A stretch of 64,000 nucleotides of DNA from assembly GCA_963665125.2 (NCBI GenBank), contig CAXXUK010000001.1:1856001-1920000 (forward strand), in the 5' to 3' direction. The notes below the pieces were generated by a model. The model did not search any database. It was given only the letters and a program-made list of their open reading frames with translations, and was not told where the DNA came from. Source of the stretch: an uncultured Desulfarculus sp. Lineage in GTDB: Bacteria; Desulfobacterota; Desulfarculia; Desulfarculales; Desulfarculaceae. Position numbers and translations under genes: made by a program. The first letter of the stretch is position 1; each line of letters opens with the position of its first letter. This document shows positions 35,412-44,787 of the stretch, piece after piece.

Positions 35412-35439
35412 TTTTTAACAAAAAAAACGGTATTGTCAA
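35412..35439 (-). promoter_or_regulatory. Putative sigma70 promoter of the carbamoyltransferase module
   Basis: Minus strand TTGACA-N16-TAAAAA with TGn; the spacer contains a T8 run. Confidence 0.5.
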
Positions 35440-35461
35440 ACAACGGCCAGGTTACAACGCC

Positions 35462-36259
35462 TTATTTCATCTTTTTCAGATAGTCTTTGGCGATTTTGGC
35501 TTGGCTGCTCTTGGGGTATTCCTTCGCCAGCTTGTTCAACACGATCTTTGCCGTGCGTTTGTCGCCCAAGGCGGAAAAGGCCAGGCCCTGTTTGAGCAAT
35601 GCCGCCGGCACTTTCTGGCTCTTGCTGTACTTTTTAATGACCTGATTATAGGCCAATATCGCCTCTTCAAAGCGCTTTTGGCTATAGTAGGTCTCACCGA
35701 TCCAGAAACTTGTCGAAGCGCCGTAGGCACTCTTGGGATAGGTGGCCAGCAGATTTTCCCAAGTGCTGCGGGCAGCGTCAAACTGCTTTTTCTGGTAGAG
35801 CGTGGCGGCCGTTTCGTACATCTGCTTGTCGCTGGGTTTTTCGTCCTTTTTTGCGGTCTCCGGCGTTGCGGCTGCGCCCGGTGTCGCCGCCGCGGCCTTG
35901 ATGCCCAACAGCCCCTCGACTTTGGCCAACCGGTCGCCCAGGGTTGCACGCTCGGCCTTGGCCTGGCCTTCCTGATCGGCATTTTTCAGGCTGTGAGCGG
36001 TCTCGTCCATTTGCCCGCGCATCTGGGCCAATTCCCGCTGCATGGCCGTAAGGTCGGAGGCCAAGCTGGCCTGGGGCTGGCGCTGAGCCTCCATCTGGGT
36101 CTGCATGGCGTCGACCTTTTGCTTCAGCTTGCCCAGTTGATCCTGATTGGATCGCACCACGCCCTGCAAGGCGACAAAGTCTTCCTTGGTGATTGTAACG
36201 CAGCCTGCCGAAAGGGCCACCCCGCAGACGATGGCGATCGCGGCTAATTTTTTTATCAT
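35462..36259 (-). CDS. cpoB: Tol-Pal system protein CpoB (YbgF)
   Basis: Lipobox SAGC, coiled coil, TPR FWIGETYY...KVPAALLKQG; follows pal. Confidence 0.92.
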   Translation of the reverse strand: MIKKLAAIAIVCGVALSAGCVTITKEDFVALQGVVRSNQDQLGKLKQKVDAMQTQMEAQRQPQASLASDLTAMQRELAQMRGQMDETAHSLKNADQEGQAKAERATLGDRLAKVEGLLGIKAAAATPGAAATPETAKKDEKPSDKQMYETAATLYQKKQFDAARSTWENLLATYPKSAYGASTSFWIGETYYSQKRFEEAILAYNQVIKKYSKSQKVPAALLKQGLAFSALGDKRTAKIVLNKLAKEYPKSSQAKIAKDYLKKMK

Positions 36260-36292
36260 ATCAATCCCCATATAGGTCAATGACAGCCCCGG

Positions 36293-36832
36293 CTACTTTA
36301 TTATGAAGTGGGCCCGGCGGTTGGCGGCATAGGCCTCTTCGGTATGGCCAAGCACCAACGGCTTTTCCTCGCCGTAGCTGACGACTTCTATGCGCTGGGG
36401 GGTCACGCCCATGGCAATGAGGTACTGTTCACAGGAGCGGCCGCGCTTTTCACCAAGAGCCAGGTTGTATGCATTGGAACCCCGTTCGTCGCAGTGCCCT
36501 TCGACGATGATCATCACTTCGGGGTGCTGGGTCATGTACTGGGCCTTGTCGTTCAAAAGCTGCTTGGCCTCGGCCGACAGATCATAGCTGTCATAATCAA
36601 AGAAGATGTCCTGGTTTTCAAAGACTTCGCGCAGGGACTGCTCGCTGGTGCGTGCCTGTTCCTCGGTCAAACGCGCCTCGCGCAGGCGTCTTTCCCGCTC
36701 GGCGGCCAGACGAGCCTGCTCATCGGCGGTCATGGATCCCGGCCCGGCCACTTTCTCCTTGGCGCAACCGGCCACCATACCCAGGCTCATGCACAGAGCC
36801 GCCACTAGAACCAACATTACAAATTTTTTCAC
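36293..36832 (-). CDS. pal: Peptidoglycan-associated lipoprotein Pal
   Basis: Lipobox VAGC, IFFDYDS, EGHCDERGS..YNLALGEKR, SYGEEKP, NRRA. Confidence 0.95.
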   Translation of the reverse strand: MKKFVMLVLVAALCMSLGMVAGCAKEKVAGPGSMTADEQARLAAERERRLREARLTEEQARTSEQSLREVFENQDIFFDYDSYDLSAEAKQLLNDKAQYMTQHPEVMIIVEGHCDERGSNAYNLALGEKRGRSCEQYLIAMGVTPQRIEVVSYGEEKPLVLGHTEEAYAANRRAHFIIK

Positions 36833-36867
36833 TTTGCGGCCTCCTTTATCCGGCAAACGGTTCGTTA

Positions 36868-38172
36868 TCATTTCACAACACCCGGCGGCGACCAGGCCGG
36901 GGCGGTTTGATCGCCCTGCAGACTGGTCAGCCGTTTGATGGGCTGTCCTTCATACGTGATGACATATATCTGGTAGCGGCCCGTATTCCGGCCGGCATAT
37001 GCTATGAGCCTGCCGTCGGGCGACCAGGTCGGTTCTTCGCAGGCACTCAGGCCGCTGGTCAGCACCCTCGTATCCGAGCCGTCTGCCCGGATGGTGCATA
37101 TCTGAAAGATGCCGTTTATCTCCGCCTGGAAGGCTATCAGATCCCCCTTGGGCGACCATGCCGGAGAGGCGCAGTATTTGAGGCTGTAGGTCAGGCGCTG
37201 AACCTGGCCTGAGGCGAGATCCAGAATATATATCTGGGGAGAACCTCCCCGGTCGGAGACAAAGGCCATTTTCTTGCCGTCCGGCGAAAAGCTCGGGTCC
37301 ACTTCGATGCCCCAGCCGTTGGTCAGGCGCTTGAGTTCCCTGCCCGTCTGGTCCACCAGAAAGATATTTGTCTTGCCGGTGTGGCTCATTGCCACGGCCA
37401 GGTTGCCGGAGCCGGGCTGAAAGGCCGGGGTGATGTTCACTCCGGGCTTGTCCACCGCCACCCTTCCCGATCCTCCCCGGAGCGAATGCAACAGGACCAC
37501 GGGCCTGCGCCGGACATAGGAGGTGTAGGCCAGCAACTGCCCGTCGCGGCTCCAGGCCGGATAGAGGCAGATGTCTCCGCGGTTGGTCACGGCCTTGATG
37601 TCGCTGCCGTCATAGCGCATGACCATGATTTCCTTATGGCCGCTTTTGGTGCTGACAAAGGCGATCATGGTGCTGAACACCGAGCGTTCGCCGGTGACCG
37701 CGTGCATGATCTCGTCGGCGAACCGGTCCATCATGTCCGGCAGCATTGCCACAGTACCGCCGTATTCCACGCCCACCAGCCGCTTGCCCTCGACAACGTC
37801 GTACAAGCTGCAATGCAGGGTCAGTTCATCGCCCTGGCGCTTGTATTCGCAAGCCACCAGTAACTCCGCGCCGATAACCGACCAGCGGCGGTACTGGACC
37901 GCCCCGATTTTGGGTATTCCCAAAAAGCCCTTGGGATTGAGAAAATCGAACAGGCCCGTAAAGCTCAGGTTTTTCTGAAGGATTCTGGTGCCGTCACCCC
38001 CCGCGGCATCGGTCGCCGTGCCATCCATGGGTTGGAACTCGGGCAAGGCGATGGGCAGCTTGCGGCTGAACGGCTGGGTGATGTCGATATAGACCCGGGC
38101 CCAGGCCGGAGCGGAGCATAAAACCACGGCCAAAACGGCCGTCAGCATCATTAATTTGGTCAATGGGCGCAT
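36868..38172 (-). CDS. tolB: Tol-Pal beta-propeller protein TolB
   Basis: PD40 repeats (PAWS, PSFSPDG, PAWSPKG, PTWSPDG). Confidence 0.95.
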   Translation of the reverse strand: MRPLTKLMMLTAVLAVVLCSAPAWARVYIDITQPFSRKLPIALPEFQPMDGTATDAAGGDGTRILQKNLSFTGLFDFLNPKGFLGIPKIGAVQYRRWSVIGAELLVACEYKRQGDELTLHCSLYDVVEGKRLVGVEYGGTVAMLPDMMDRFADEIMHAVTGERSVFSTMIAFVSTKSGHKEIMVMRYDGSDIKAVTNRGDICLYPAWSRDGQLLAYTSYVRRRPVVLLHSLRGGSGRVAVDKPGVNITPAFQPGSGNLAVAMSHTGKTNIFLVDQTGRELKRLTNGWGIEVDPSFSPDGKKMAFVSDRGGSPQIYILDLASGQVQRLTYSLKYCASPAWSPKGDLIAFQAEINGIFQICTIRADGSDTRVLTSGLSACEEPTWSPDGRLIAYAGRNTGRYQIYVITYEGQPIKRLTSLQGDQTAPAWSPPGVVK

Positions 38173-38194
38173 AAATCAACCACTCGCGATCTTT

Positions 38195-39013
38195 CTAGCC
38201 TCCGGCCTCGTCCGGACGGAAGCGTATGCCTACTTCATGGGTGGCACCGGGGTATCCGCCCGGCAGGGGCGGATACGGCGCGGCCTTTTCCACGGCGCGC
38301 AGGGCCGACTGGTCCAGGCGGACGTTGCCCGAGCTTTCCTCCAGCCAGCATTTTTCCAATGTGCCGTCCCGCCGGATGCGCAGGGTCACCACGGCCATGC
38401 GGCCCCTGGTGTTGCCGGTAAGGGCCTCGGGCAGGTTCCAGGAGCGTCTGATCCGCTCCCAAAGCTCGGTGTAATATAACTGGAACCGCGCTGACATCTC
38501 GTCGCCGCCGCCGGGCCGGGCATAGGCCCCGCCGCCGGCCGCGGCCGAGCCGACCTTGCTTTCGACCTTGTTCAAAGCCGCCGCCAACTGCTGCTCCTGC
38601 TTTTGCTTGCTCTGCATGCTCGCCAGGCGCTGGGCCAAGATTTTATCCGGATCCGGTTCGGTTTTTTTCTTTTTGCGCTCAATGCGCGTGGCCGTTTTTT
38701 TGGTGCCGATGGCCACCTTGGGCTCTGGTTTTGGTTTGGGTTTGGCCACCGGCTTGGGCGCGACCTTTGGTTCGGCCTTTTTAGGCGGCGCTGGTTTGGC
38801 TGCCGCCGGTTGTGGAGCCCCGGCCGCGGGCAGCGGCGGCGCGGCCACCAGGGAGACCTGATACGTGGGGGCGAAGAATATGCGTTTTTGCCCGCCCGAC
38901 GGCCAGATGATAACGGCGGCGATTATCAACAGGTGCAGGCCCAGGCTCACGGCCACGGCCCATCCAAACTGATCTCCGTTTTTTGCGTTTCTTATGATCG
39001 CCGTAGCGGTCAA
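38195..39013 (-). CDS. tolA: TolA/TonB-family energy transducer
   Basis: N-terminal TM with SLGLH, Pro/Lys linker, C-terminal SSGN..LDQSALRAV; position in the tol operon. Confidence 0.85.
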   Translation of the reverse strand: MTATAIIRNAKNGDQFGWAVAVSLGLHLLIIAAVIIWPSGGQKRIFFAPTYQVSLVAAPPLPAAGAPQPAAAKPAPPKKAEPKVAPKPVAKPKPKPEPKVAIGTKKTATRIERKKKKTEPDPDKILAQRLASMQSKQKQEQQLAAALNKVESKVGSAAAGGGAYARPGGGDEMSARFQLYYTELWERIRRSWNLPEALTGNTRGRMAVVTLRIRRDGTLEKCWLEESSGNVRLDQSALRAVEKAAPYPPLPGGYPGATHEVGIRFRPDEAGG

Positions 39014-39444
39014 GATTTCTTCTTCTCTGGTTTGGTGACCTTTTCCGGCTCGGTTACCATGCCCAGGTCCTTGACCCCCGCCTTGCGGGCTTCGGCCATG
39101 ACCTGCACCACCACGCCATAGGGCACGTCCTTGTCGGCGCGCAGGTAAACACGGATACCTTTTTTACGGGTAGTCACGTTCTTGAGTTTTTCGGACAAGT
39201 CCTGGACGGGGACTTCGAATTCATCCAAATAGACCTGGCCCTGCTTGGTGACCGACAACACCAACATGTCGTCGCTGGATTTGAGGGCTCCGCTGTCGGT
39301 TTCGGGCAAATCCACATCAAGACCCTGGACCATCATCGGCGCGGCGACCATGAAAATGATAAGCAGCACCAGCATGACGTCCACCAGGGGCACCACGTTG
39401 ATCTCGCCCATTACCTTGCGGCTGCTGCCGATACCGCCGGCCAC
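39010..39444 (-). CDS. tolR: TolR
   Basis: EINVVPLVDVMLVLLIIFMVAAP, LRADKDVPYG. Confidence 0.93.
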   Translation of the reverse strand: MAGGIGSSRKVMGEINVVPLVDVMLVLLIIFMVAAPMMVQGLDVDLPETDSGALKSSDDMLVLSVTKQGQVYLDEFEVPVQDLSEKLKNVTTRKKGIRVYLRADKDVPYGVVVQVMAEARKAGVKDLGMVTEPEKVTKPEKKKS

Positions 39445-39454
39445 GATAGCGCTC

Positions 39455-40261
39455 CTATGCCCCGGCCGGACCGGATGATTCCGGCTGGCCTTGGCGGCTC
39501 ATCACTTCCAACTCCACCAGGTTCAGAAAGTCCTGGCTGAATGTGTCCATCTGGGATTCCAGCACCTGGATCCTGCGGTTGAAATGGTTAAAAAAAACAA
39601 CCGCCGGTATGGCTGCCAGCAATCCGAAAGCCGTGGCCACCAAGGCCTCGGCAATGCCGGGAGCCACGGTGGACAGGTTTGCCGTCTTCATGCTGCCGAT
39701 ATTTCGAAAGGCGTCCATGATGCCCCAGACAGTGCCGAACAGACCGATGAACGGGGCGGTGTTGGCCGTGGTGGCCAAAAAAGTCACCGTTCGGGCCAGC
39801 TTGGTCGATTCCTCGGCCAGACCCCGGCTAAGGGCCCGTTTGATGTTGGCCATCAGCGCGTGAGGCAGGCCGTCGGACCGGGATTTGCGCAGGCCCATTA
39901 CCTTTTGCAATTCAGCGTAGGCCAGGTTAAAAACAGCGGCCAGGGGACTGCCGGAAAGGTGCGCCGCCTGGGAGTTGGCGGCCGAAAGGCTTTTGGCGCT
40001 CCAAAAGGCATCCTGGAAAAGATGATTCTGTTTGGTGGCCCGCTTGATGACCAGAAATTTGGAAATGATCACGGCCCAGCTTATGACCGAAAACAAGACC
40101 AATAAAAAAAGGACAAACTTGACCACATAACCGGCATCCCAAACCAATTGCCATATGTTCATGCCGTTTCCGGCGGCGTCGGCGACTGGTTCGGCCATGG
40201 CGGCCCCTGCGGTCAATGTAATTGCTACAGTAGCAATCAGTCCCAAGATGTAGTTGATCAT
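39455..40261 (-). CDS. tolQ: TolQ
   Basis: FLATTANTAPFIGLFGTVWGIM, VAPGIAEALVATAFGL.AAIPA. Confidence 0.93.
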   Translation of the reverse strand: MINYILGLIATVAITLTAGAAMAEPVADAAGNGMNIWQLVWDAGYVVKFVLFLLVLFSVISWAVIISKFLVIKRATKQNHLFQDAFWSAKSLSAANSQAAHLSGSPLAAVFNLAYAELQKVMGLRKSRSDGLPHALMANIKRALSRGLAEESTKLARTVTFLATTANTAPFIGLFGTVWGIMDAFRNIGSMKTANLSTVAPGIAEALVATAFGLLAAIPAVVFFNHFNRRIQVLESQMDTFSQDFLNLVELEVMSRQGQPESSGPAGA

Positions 40262-40289
40262 ACAAGCCCCTATCGCATTATATGGTGGC

Positions 40290-40318
40290 ACTATATCCTT
40301 GGGTGTAGTCAAAGTCAA
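40290..40318 (-). promoter_or_regulatory. sigma70 promoter of the tol-pal operon
   Basis: Minus strand TTGACT-N17-TATAGT. Confidence 0.65.
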
Positions 40319-40388
40319 GGCGGCGTTTGGGCCAAAAATGTTTTATAATGTTGACGTTTTGAAACAAAAAAATCTTACGGGGGTCCTT

Positions 40389-41042
40389 TTGGGAAATAGC
40401 GACATCAAGGCCATCTTCATGGATCTGGACGGAACTCTGGCCGACAGCATGGCCACAATGGGCAAGGTTTTTCAGCGTTTTTTGGAACTGAAAAAAATAG
40501 ACGCCCGCCCGGCGGATTTCCGGCATCTGCGGGGCAAACCTTTGGACGCATTGTTGAAAGTATTCAGGGAACAATACGGAATCGAATATTCCGAATTGCA
40601 ACTCGTCAATGAATTCTATGACTTGGCTGACGAAGTCTATGCCGAGCAAACCGTGCCCATGCCCGGGGCCAGCAGGTTGATCCACGGCGCCAGCCAGCGC
40701 GGCGTTCAACTTTTCATCGTCACCTCGGCCCGCGGCACGGTGGTCAGAGACTTTTTAAAAACCCATGGCTTTGATCCGTTCATAAAGGGCGTGATCGCGG
40801 CCGAGGATGTCTCCATCCAGAAGCCCGATCCCCAGCCCTATTTGGCGGCCCTTGATCTGGCTGGCCTGACGGCGGCCCATGGCTTGGCCGTCGAGGATTC
40901 CATTGTGGGATCGCTATCAGCCACCAGGGCCGGGCTGGCCACCTGGATCATGGCCCCCAAGGGATATTCGGAGGTGGACCCGGCCACACCTGGCGTTCAG
41001 GGCTTTGTAAAACGGCTGGACGAACTGATAGACCTGCTTTAG
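40389..41042 (+). CDS. HAD-superfamily phosphatase (subfamily IA)
   Basis: IFMDLDGTLADS, IVTS, KPDPQPY, VEDS..G. Start uncertain; TTG 40389 assumed. Confidence 0.85.
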   Translation: MGNSDIKAIFMDLDGTLADSMATMGKVFQRFLELKKIDARPADFRHLRGKPLDALLKVFREQYGIEYSELQLVNEFYDLADEVYAEQTVPMPGASRLIHGASQRGVQLFIVTSARGTVVRDFLKTHGFDPFIKGVIAAEDVSIQKPDPQPYLAALDLAGLTAAHGLAVEDSIVGSLSATRAGLATWIMAPKGYSEVDPATPGVQGFVKRLDELIDLL

Positions 41043-41191
41043 CAGACAACCCCAATCCCGGCAATCCGTCGACCGGCCGCGGCTGAGCGCGCCGTTCATC
41101 CCTTCGAGCCCTTAACCGCTCGGTGCACGTCATGCTTTTATCTCAGTGAAATCGCTACGAATTGTTTTTTAAGCCAAAGACATATGCGGAG

Positions 41192-41578
41192 TCAGGTTCC
41201 GAACAGCCACTCCACCGCTTGGTCCACGTCGGTGAAGACTTGATGCTCCCAATGGATGCTTTCCTGCAAAAGCTGCTCGTACATGCGGCTCAGGCCATAG
41301 ATATGCCGGGAGTCCGCCACAAGGGCTGTCCGGCCCTGGGGCCTGATTTTTTTAGCGGCGCGGTGCCTGGTGACATCGGCCATCGACCAAATCAAATCTC
41401 CGGTGTCATCGGACGATTCAACCTCGCGGATGTCCCACAGGTCGAAATACGGCCGTGTCAAATCGACCTGTTCCATGACTTCCAGGATTTTAGCCGAGAC
41501 ATCGTTGACCTTGAATACGCCTGCCACATGATAGCGGGTGAAATTCTTTACCCGGTCGTACTCGTATTGGATATTCAT
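41192..41578 (-). CDS. Hypothetical protein (STAS/SpoIIAA-like fold)
   Basis: LWDIRE...RTALV....YGLSRMYE....VF.DVDQAVEWL pattern. Confidence 0.7.
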   Translation of the reverse strand: MNIQYEYDRVKNFTRYHVAGVFKVNDVSAKILEVMEQVDLTRPYFDLWDIREVESSDDTGDLIWSMADVTRHRAAKKIRPQGRTALVADSRHIYGLSRMYEQLLQESIHWEHQVFTDVDQAVEWLFGT

Positions 41579-41719
41579 CAACCGTGACCGCAAAAATGAA
41601 GAAACTGCGCCAGTTAAAAACGTTTGGGTCATGGGGAGGCAATAGCAAATATAGCACAAGCCGATGGCCCGATTCAGGAAAATTGTTGCCCTATTGTCAC
41701 AACGAACTCGACCCGGCGA

Positions 41720-42793
41720 TCATCTTCCGGCAGGAATCACCAGCCGCTGGCCGATGAATATTTTGTTGCCCTTGATTTTGTTGGCGCTGCGCAACGCGGC
41801 GATGCTGACACCGGAGCGTTTGGCTATGCCGGTGAGGGTGTCGCCCCGTTTGACCACGTAATTGCCATTTGGTGGCGGGGGATACTGCTTGCTGGCGGGC
41901 AGATGGCCGACCTTTGCCTCCAGGGCCTTGGCCATGCCCAGAGGGGTCATGATGATGTAGTTGCCCTTGGGCAGGGCATAGCGGTTGAACTGCGGGTTGA
42001 GTTCCTTGATGCGGCGAACGGTTGTCCCGGCCGCGTTGGCAATGGCCAACAGGTCCGTGGTCCGGCTCAGATAAACCGCGGCCGGTTCCGCTGGCACGGG
42101 CCCGTAGAGCCTCTCGGGCGGCAGGTCATAGCCGTATTGTTTGGGGTTTTGCATGATGATCTTGGCCGAAATGATGCGGAAGATATAGCGCATCGTCTCC
42201 CGGGGCAGATGCAGTTCATAATAATCGCGGCGGCCCTGTTCCTCGATGGCCTTGCGGACCCTTGCCTCCCCGCAGTTGTAGGCGGCCATGGCCAGGGTCC
42301 ATGAGCCGAACTCGTCATGCAGCCAGCGCAGATAGGCCAACGCCGCTGCGGTTGATTTGCCGAAGTTACGGCGTTCGTCGATCCAGCGGTCCACCCGCAG
42401 GCCGTATCGGCGGGCGGTAAAGGGCATGAACTGCCAGGCCCCCACGGCCCCGGCGGGCGAGCGGACGCCACGCAGCAAGGCGCTTTCGGCTACGGCCAGG
42501 TATTTCAGATCTTCGGGCATGCCAGCTTCCTTCAACTGGCGCGTGATATACGGGAAATACCTGGCTCCCCGTTTGAGCCACATCACCACCTGGGCCTGGT
42601 CGTTGACGTCGATTGTGAACTCCCGGTCCAGGGCCTCGGCAATACTCAGGTCATCCATGGGCACAGCTTCGCCGCACAAGGCGATTTCCTGCGGCGGAGC
42701 AGGCAGGTTGCGCATGGGTTGATCGGCCATGGCCCCGTAGCCCCAAAGGGCAATCATCAGCATAAAAACGGCGATCTTGGCGGCTTTTCTCAC
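41720..42793 (-). CDS. Lytic transglycosylase (SLT domain) with LysM, MltD-like
   Basis: LAVAES, SPAGAVGAWQFM, AAYNCGE, LPRET..Y, YVVKRGDTL LysM. Confidence 0.9.
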   Translation of the reverse strand: MRKAAKIAVFMLMIALWGYGAMADQPMRNLPAPPQEIALCGEAVPMDDLSIAEALDREFTIDVNDQAQVVMWLKRGARYFPYITRQLKEAGMPEDLKYLAVAESALLRGVRSPAGAVGAWQFMPFTARRYGLRVDRWIDERRNFGKSTAAALAYLRWLHDEFGSWTLAMAAYNCGEARVRKAIEEQGRRDYYELHLPRETMRYIFRIISAKIIMQNPKQYGYDLPPERLYGPVPAEPAAVYLSRTTDLLAIANAAGTTVRRIKELNPQFNRYALPKGNYIIMTPLGMAKALEAKVGHLPASKQYPPPPNGNYVVKRGDTLTGIAKRSGVSIAALRSANKIKGNKIFIGQRLVIPAGR

Positions 42794-43818
42794 GAATCAT
42801 CCTGGCGAAAGTGGTCATAGCCTTGCAGGCCGACATCGATTATTTCACCGTCGCGGCTTAATAAACTGACGCCCCGGCCCTTGTTTATGGTACCGATCCG
42901 CACGATTTTGGCCGTGGGATCGCTTTCGGCGGCAATTGACTGCAACAGGGCCACATCGCCGGGCTGGCAGGTGAACAGCAGTTCGAAGTCCTCGCCGCCC
43001 CGCAGGGCCCAATCCAGCACGTCGGCATCCATCCTGGCGGCCAATTCGGCCACCTGGGCGCTGACGGGCAACTTGGCCTCCTCGATCCTGGCCCCCACGT
43101 CGCTGGCCTGGCACAGGCGGGCCAGGTCGGTGGCCAGGCCGTCGGAGATGTCCATCATGGCCCCGATCTTGTCCGACTTGGCCAGGGCCCGGCCCAATTC
43201 CACCCTGGGGATGGGCCGCAGATGTGCCTCCACGGCCTCGGAAACCGAGGCCTCGCCCGGGTCCCCGCCGCCCAGCAGCCAGGCCAGTCCTGCCCCGCTG
43301 GCGCCCAGGGGACCGCTGACGCAGATGGCCTCTCCGGGACGGGCGGTCTTGCGCAGGGCCGGCTTCACCGGGTCGCAGACACCCATGATGCACAGGTTCA
43401 GGATCATCACCGGAGCGCCGACAGTGTCGCCGCCCACCAGGTTCAGGCCGTATTTTTGGCCCAGATCCATCATGCCCCGGATCAGGTCTTCCACCAATTG
43501 GCCTGTGGGCCTTGGCGGCAGGCCCAAGGACAAAAAGCCCCAGCGGGGGGCCGCGCCCATGGCGGCCAGGTCGCTGAGGTTGGCGGCCATGACCCTGCGG
43601 CCGATGTCATAGGGCGAAATGAACGACGGATCGAAATGCACGCCCTCGACCATCATGTCGGTGGTTACGGCCACGCGGCTGCCGCCGATGAGCAATACGG
43701 CCGCGTCGTCGCCGATGCCCACCGACGTATCGCGGCCCACGGCCCCGCCGGCCATTGAGGCAACAAGGCGCAAAATGTCCTCTTCGCTGAAATGAACCGG
43801 CGGGGTCGTCTGATCCAT
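42790..43818 (-). CDS. thiL: Thiamine-monophosphate kinase
   Basis: GIGDDAA, TTDMMVEGVHF, NLSDLAAMGA, GGDT, DISDGL, GGEDFEL. Confidence 0.95.
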   Translation of the reverse strand: MDQTTPPVHFSEEDILRLVASMAGGAVGRDTSVGIGDDAAVLLIGGSRVAVTTDMMVEGVHFDPSFISPYDIGRRVMAANLSDLAAMGAAPRWGFLSLGLPPRPTGQLVEDLIRGMMDLGQKYGLNLVGGDTVGAPVMILNLCIMGVCDPVKPALRKTARPGEAICVSGPLGASGAGLAWLLGGGDPGEASVSEAVEAHLRPIPRVELGRALAKSDKIGAMMDISDGLATDLARLCQASDVGARIEEAKLPVSAQVAELAARMDADVLDWALRGGEDFELLFTCQPGDVALLQSIAAESDPTAKIVRIGTINKGRGVSLLSRDGEIIDVGLQGYDHFRQDDS

Positions 43819-43825
43819 GACAGGC

Positions 43826-44287
43826 CTAGCGCTCGTCCGAGGCGTACATGTAGTTGATCAACGCCGGTTCATATTCGAACAGTTCGGCGTCATCAAAGAA
43901 ACGGGCCACCTCGGCCTGGGCCGTTTCAATGGAATCGCTGGCGTGAACCAGGTTGGCCTGCATGGACATGCTCATGTCGCCGCGGATGGTGCCGGGCTCG
44001 GCGTCGCGGGCGTTGGTCACTCCGCAGAGCTTGCGGCATACGGCCACGGCTTCCAGGCCCTCCAGACAAAGGGCCACCACCGGAGTGCGGCTCATGAATT
44101 CCCAGATCGTGGGGAAAAACGGCTTGTCCGCCAGGTGGCTGTAATGCTCGCGCAGCAGAGCTTCGTCCAGGGAAATCATCTTCATGCCGGCGACCTTCAG
44201 GCCCTTGGCCTCGAAGCGGCCCAAAATGCGCCCGGCCAGCCCGCGGGCGATGGCGTCGGGTTTTATCAAAATGAGAGTTCGTTCCAC
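43826..44287 (-). CDS. ndk: Nucleoside-diphosphate kinase
   Basis: ERTLILIKPDA, PGTIRGD, NLVHASDS. Confidence 0.97.
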   Translation of the reverse strand: MERTLILIKPDAIARGLAGRILGRFEAKGLKVAGMKMISLDEALLREHYSHLADKPFFPTIWEFMSRTPVVALCLEGLEAVAVCRKLCGVTNARDAEPGTIRGDMSMSMQANLVHASDSIETAQAEVARFFDDAELFEYEPALINYMYASDER

Positions 44288-44344
44288 AGTTGTTTTCCTT
44301 TGCGGTTGTTTACTTGATAAACGCCTGTATTACTTAACAGATTA

Positions 44345-44357
44345 CAAGTTGTTGATT
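44345..44357 (-). promoter_or_regulatory. Possible IHF site upstream of ndk
   Basis: Minus strand AATCAACAACTTG matches WATCAANNNNTTR. Confidence 0.35.
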
Positions 44358-44456
44358 AGACTGTGCGGCCCAAGTCCGCTGGCGGACTCCCCTCCGCGGC
44401 GCCTGTTCCATTGGCCTAATTAGGTCAGACAGCGGCGTCAATGTCAAGACGGCTCG

Positions 44457-44485
44457 TTGACACGGGCCCCCGGGCGTGATAGCAA
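44457..44485 (+). promoter_or_regulatory. sigma70 promoter for the riboswitch-btuFCD transcript
   Basis: TTGACA-N17-TAGCAA with TGn, just upstream of the aptamer. Confidence 0.55.
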
Positions 44486-44494
44486 TCAGACCCA

Positions 44495-44657
44495 TACAAT
44501 CGGTGTATGCGTACAGGAAGGGAAGACGGTGCGATTCCGTCGCGGTCCCGCCGCTGTAACCGGGGACAACAGGCCGCATGGCAGCCACTGCCGCGTTTAT
44601 GACGCCGTGGGAAGGCGCGGTCCAAGGATGATCCGGAAGCCAGAATACCAGCCTGTC
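44495..44657 (+). promoter_or_regulatory. Cobalamin (B12) riboswitch
   Basis: AGGGAAGACGGTGCGATTCCGTCGCGGTCCCGCCGCTGTAA...GCCACTG...GGGAAGG...AGCCAGAATACCAGCC; upstream of a cobalamin-type ABC operon. Confidence 0.95.
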
Positions 44658-44737
44658 CGCACAGCCGCAATCGCCCGCGAGGTTTCGGGGTCGGCGGTCA
44701 CGCGCAATTAGCCTGCACGGAAAAAAAGCGCGGTCCT

Positions 44738-44768
44738 CCGGACTCCCAATTATGGGTCCGGTTTTTTT
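44738..44768 (+). terminator. Riboswitch attenuator terminator
   Basis: CCGGAC-TCCCA-ATTA-TGG-GTCCGG followed by T7, just before the btuF RBS. Confidence 0.75.
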
Positions 44769-44787
44769 ATTGAGGCGTCCATCAACA

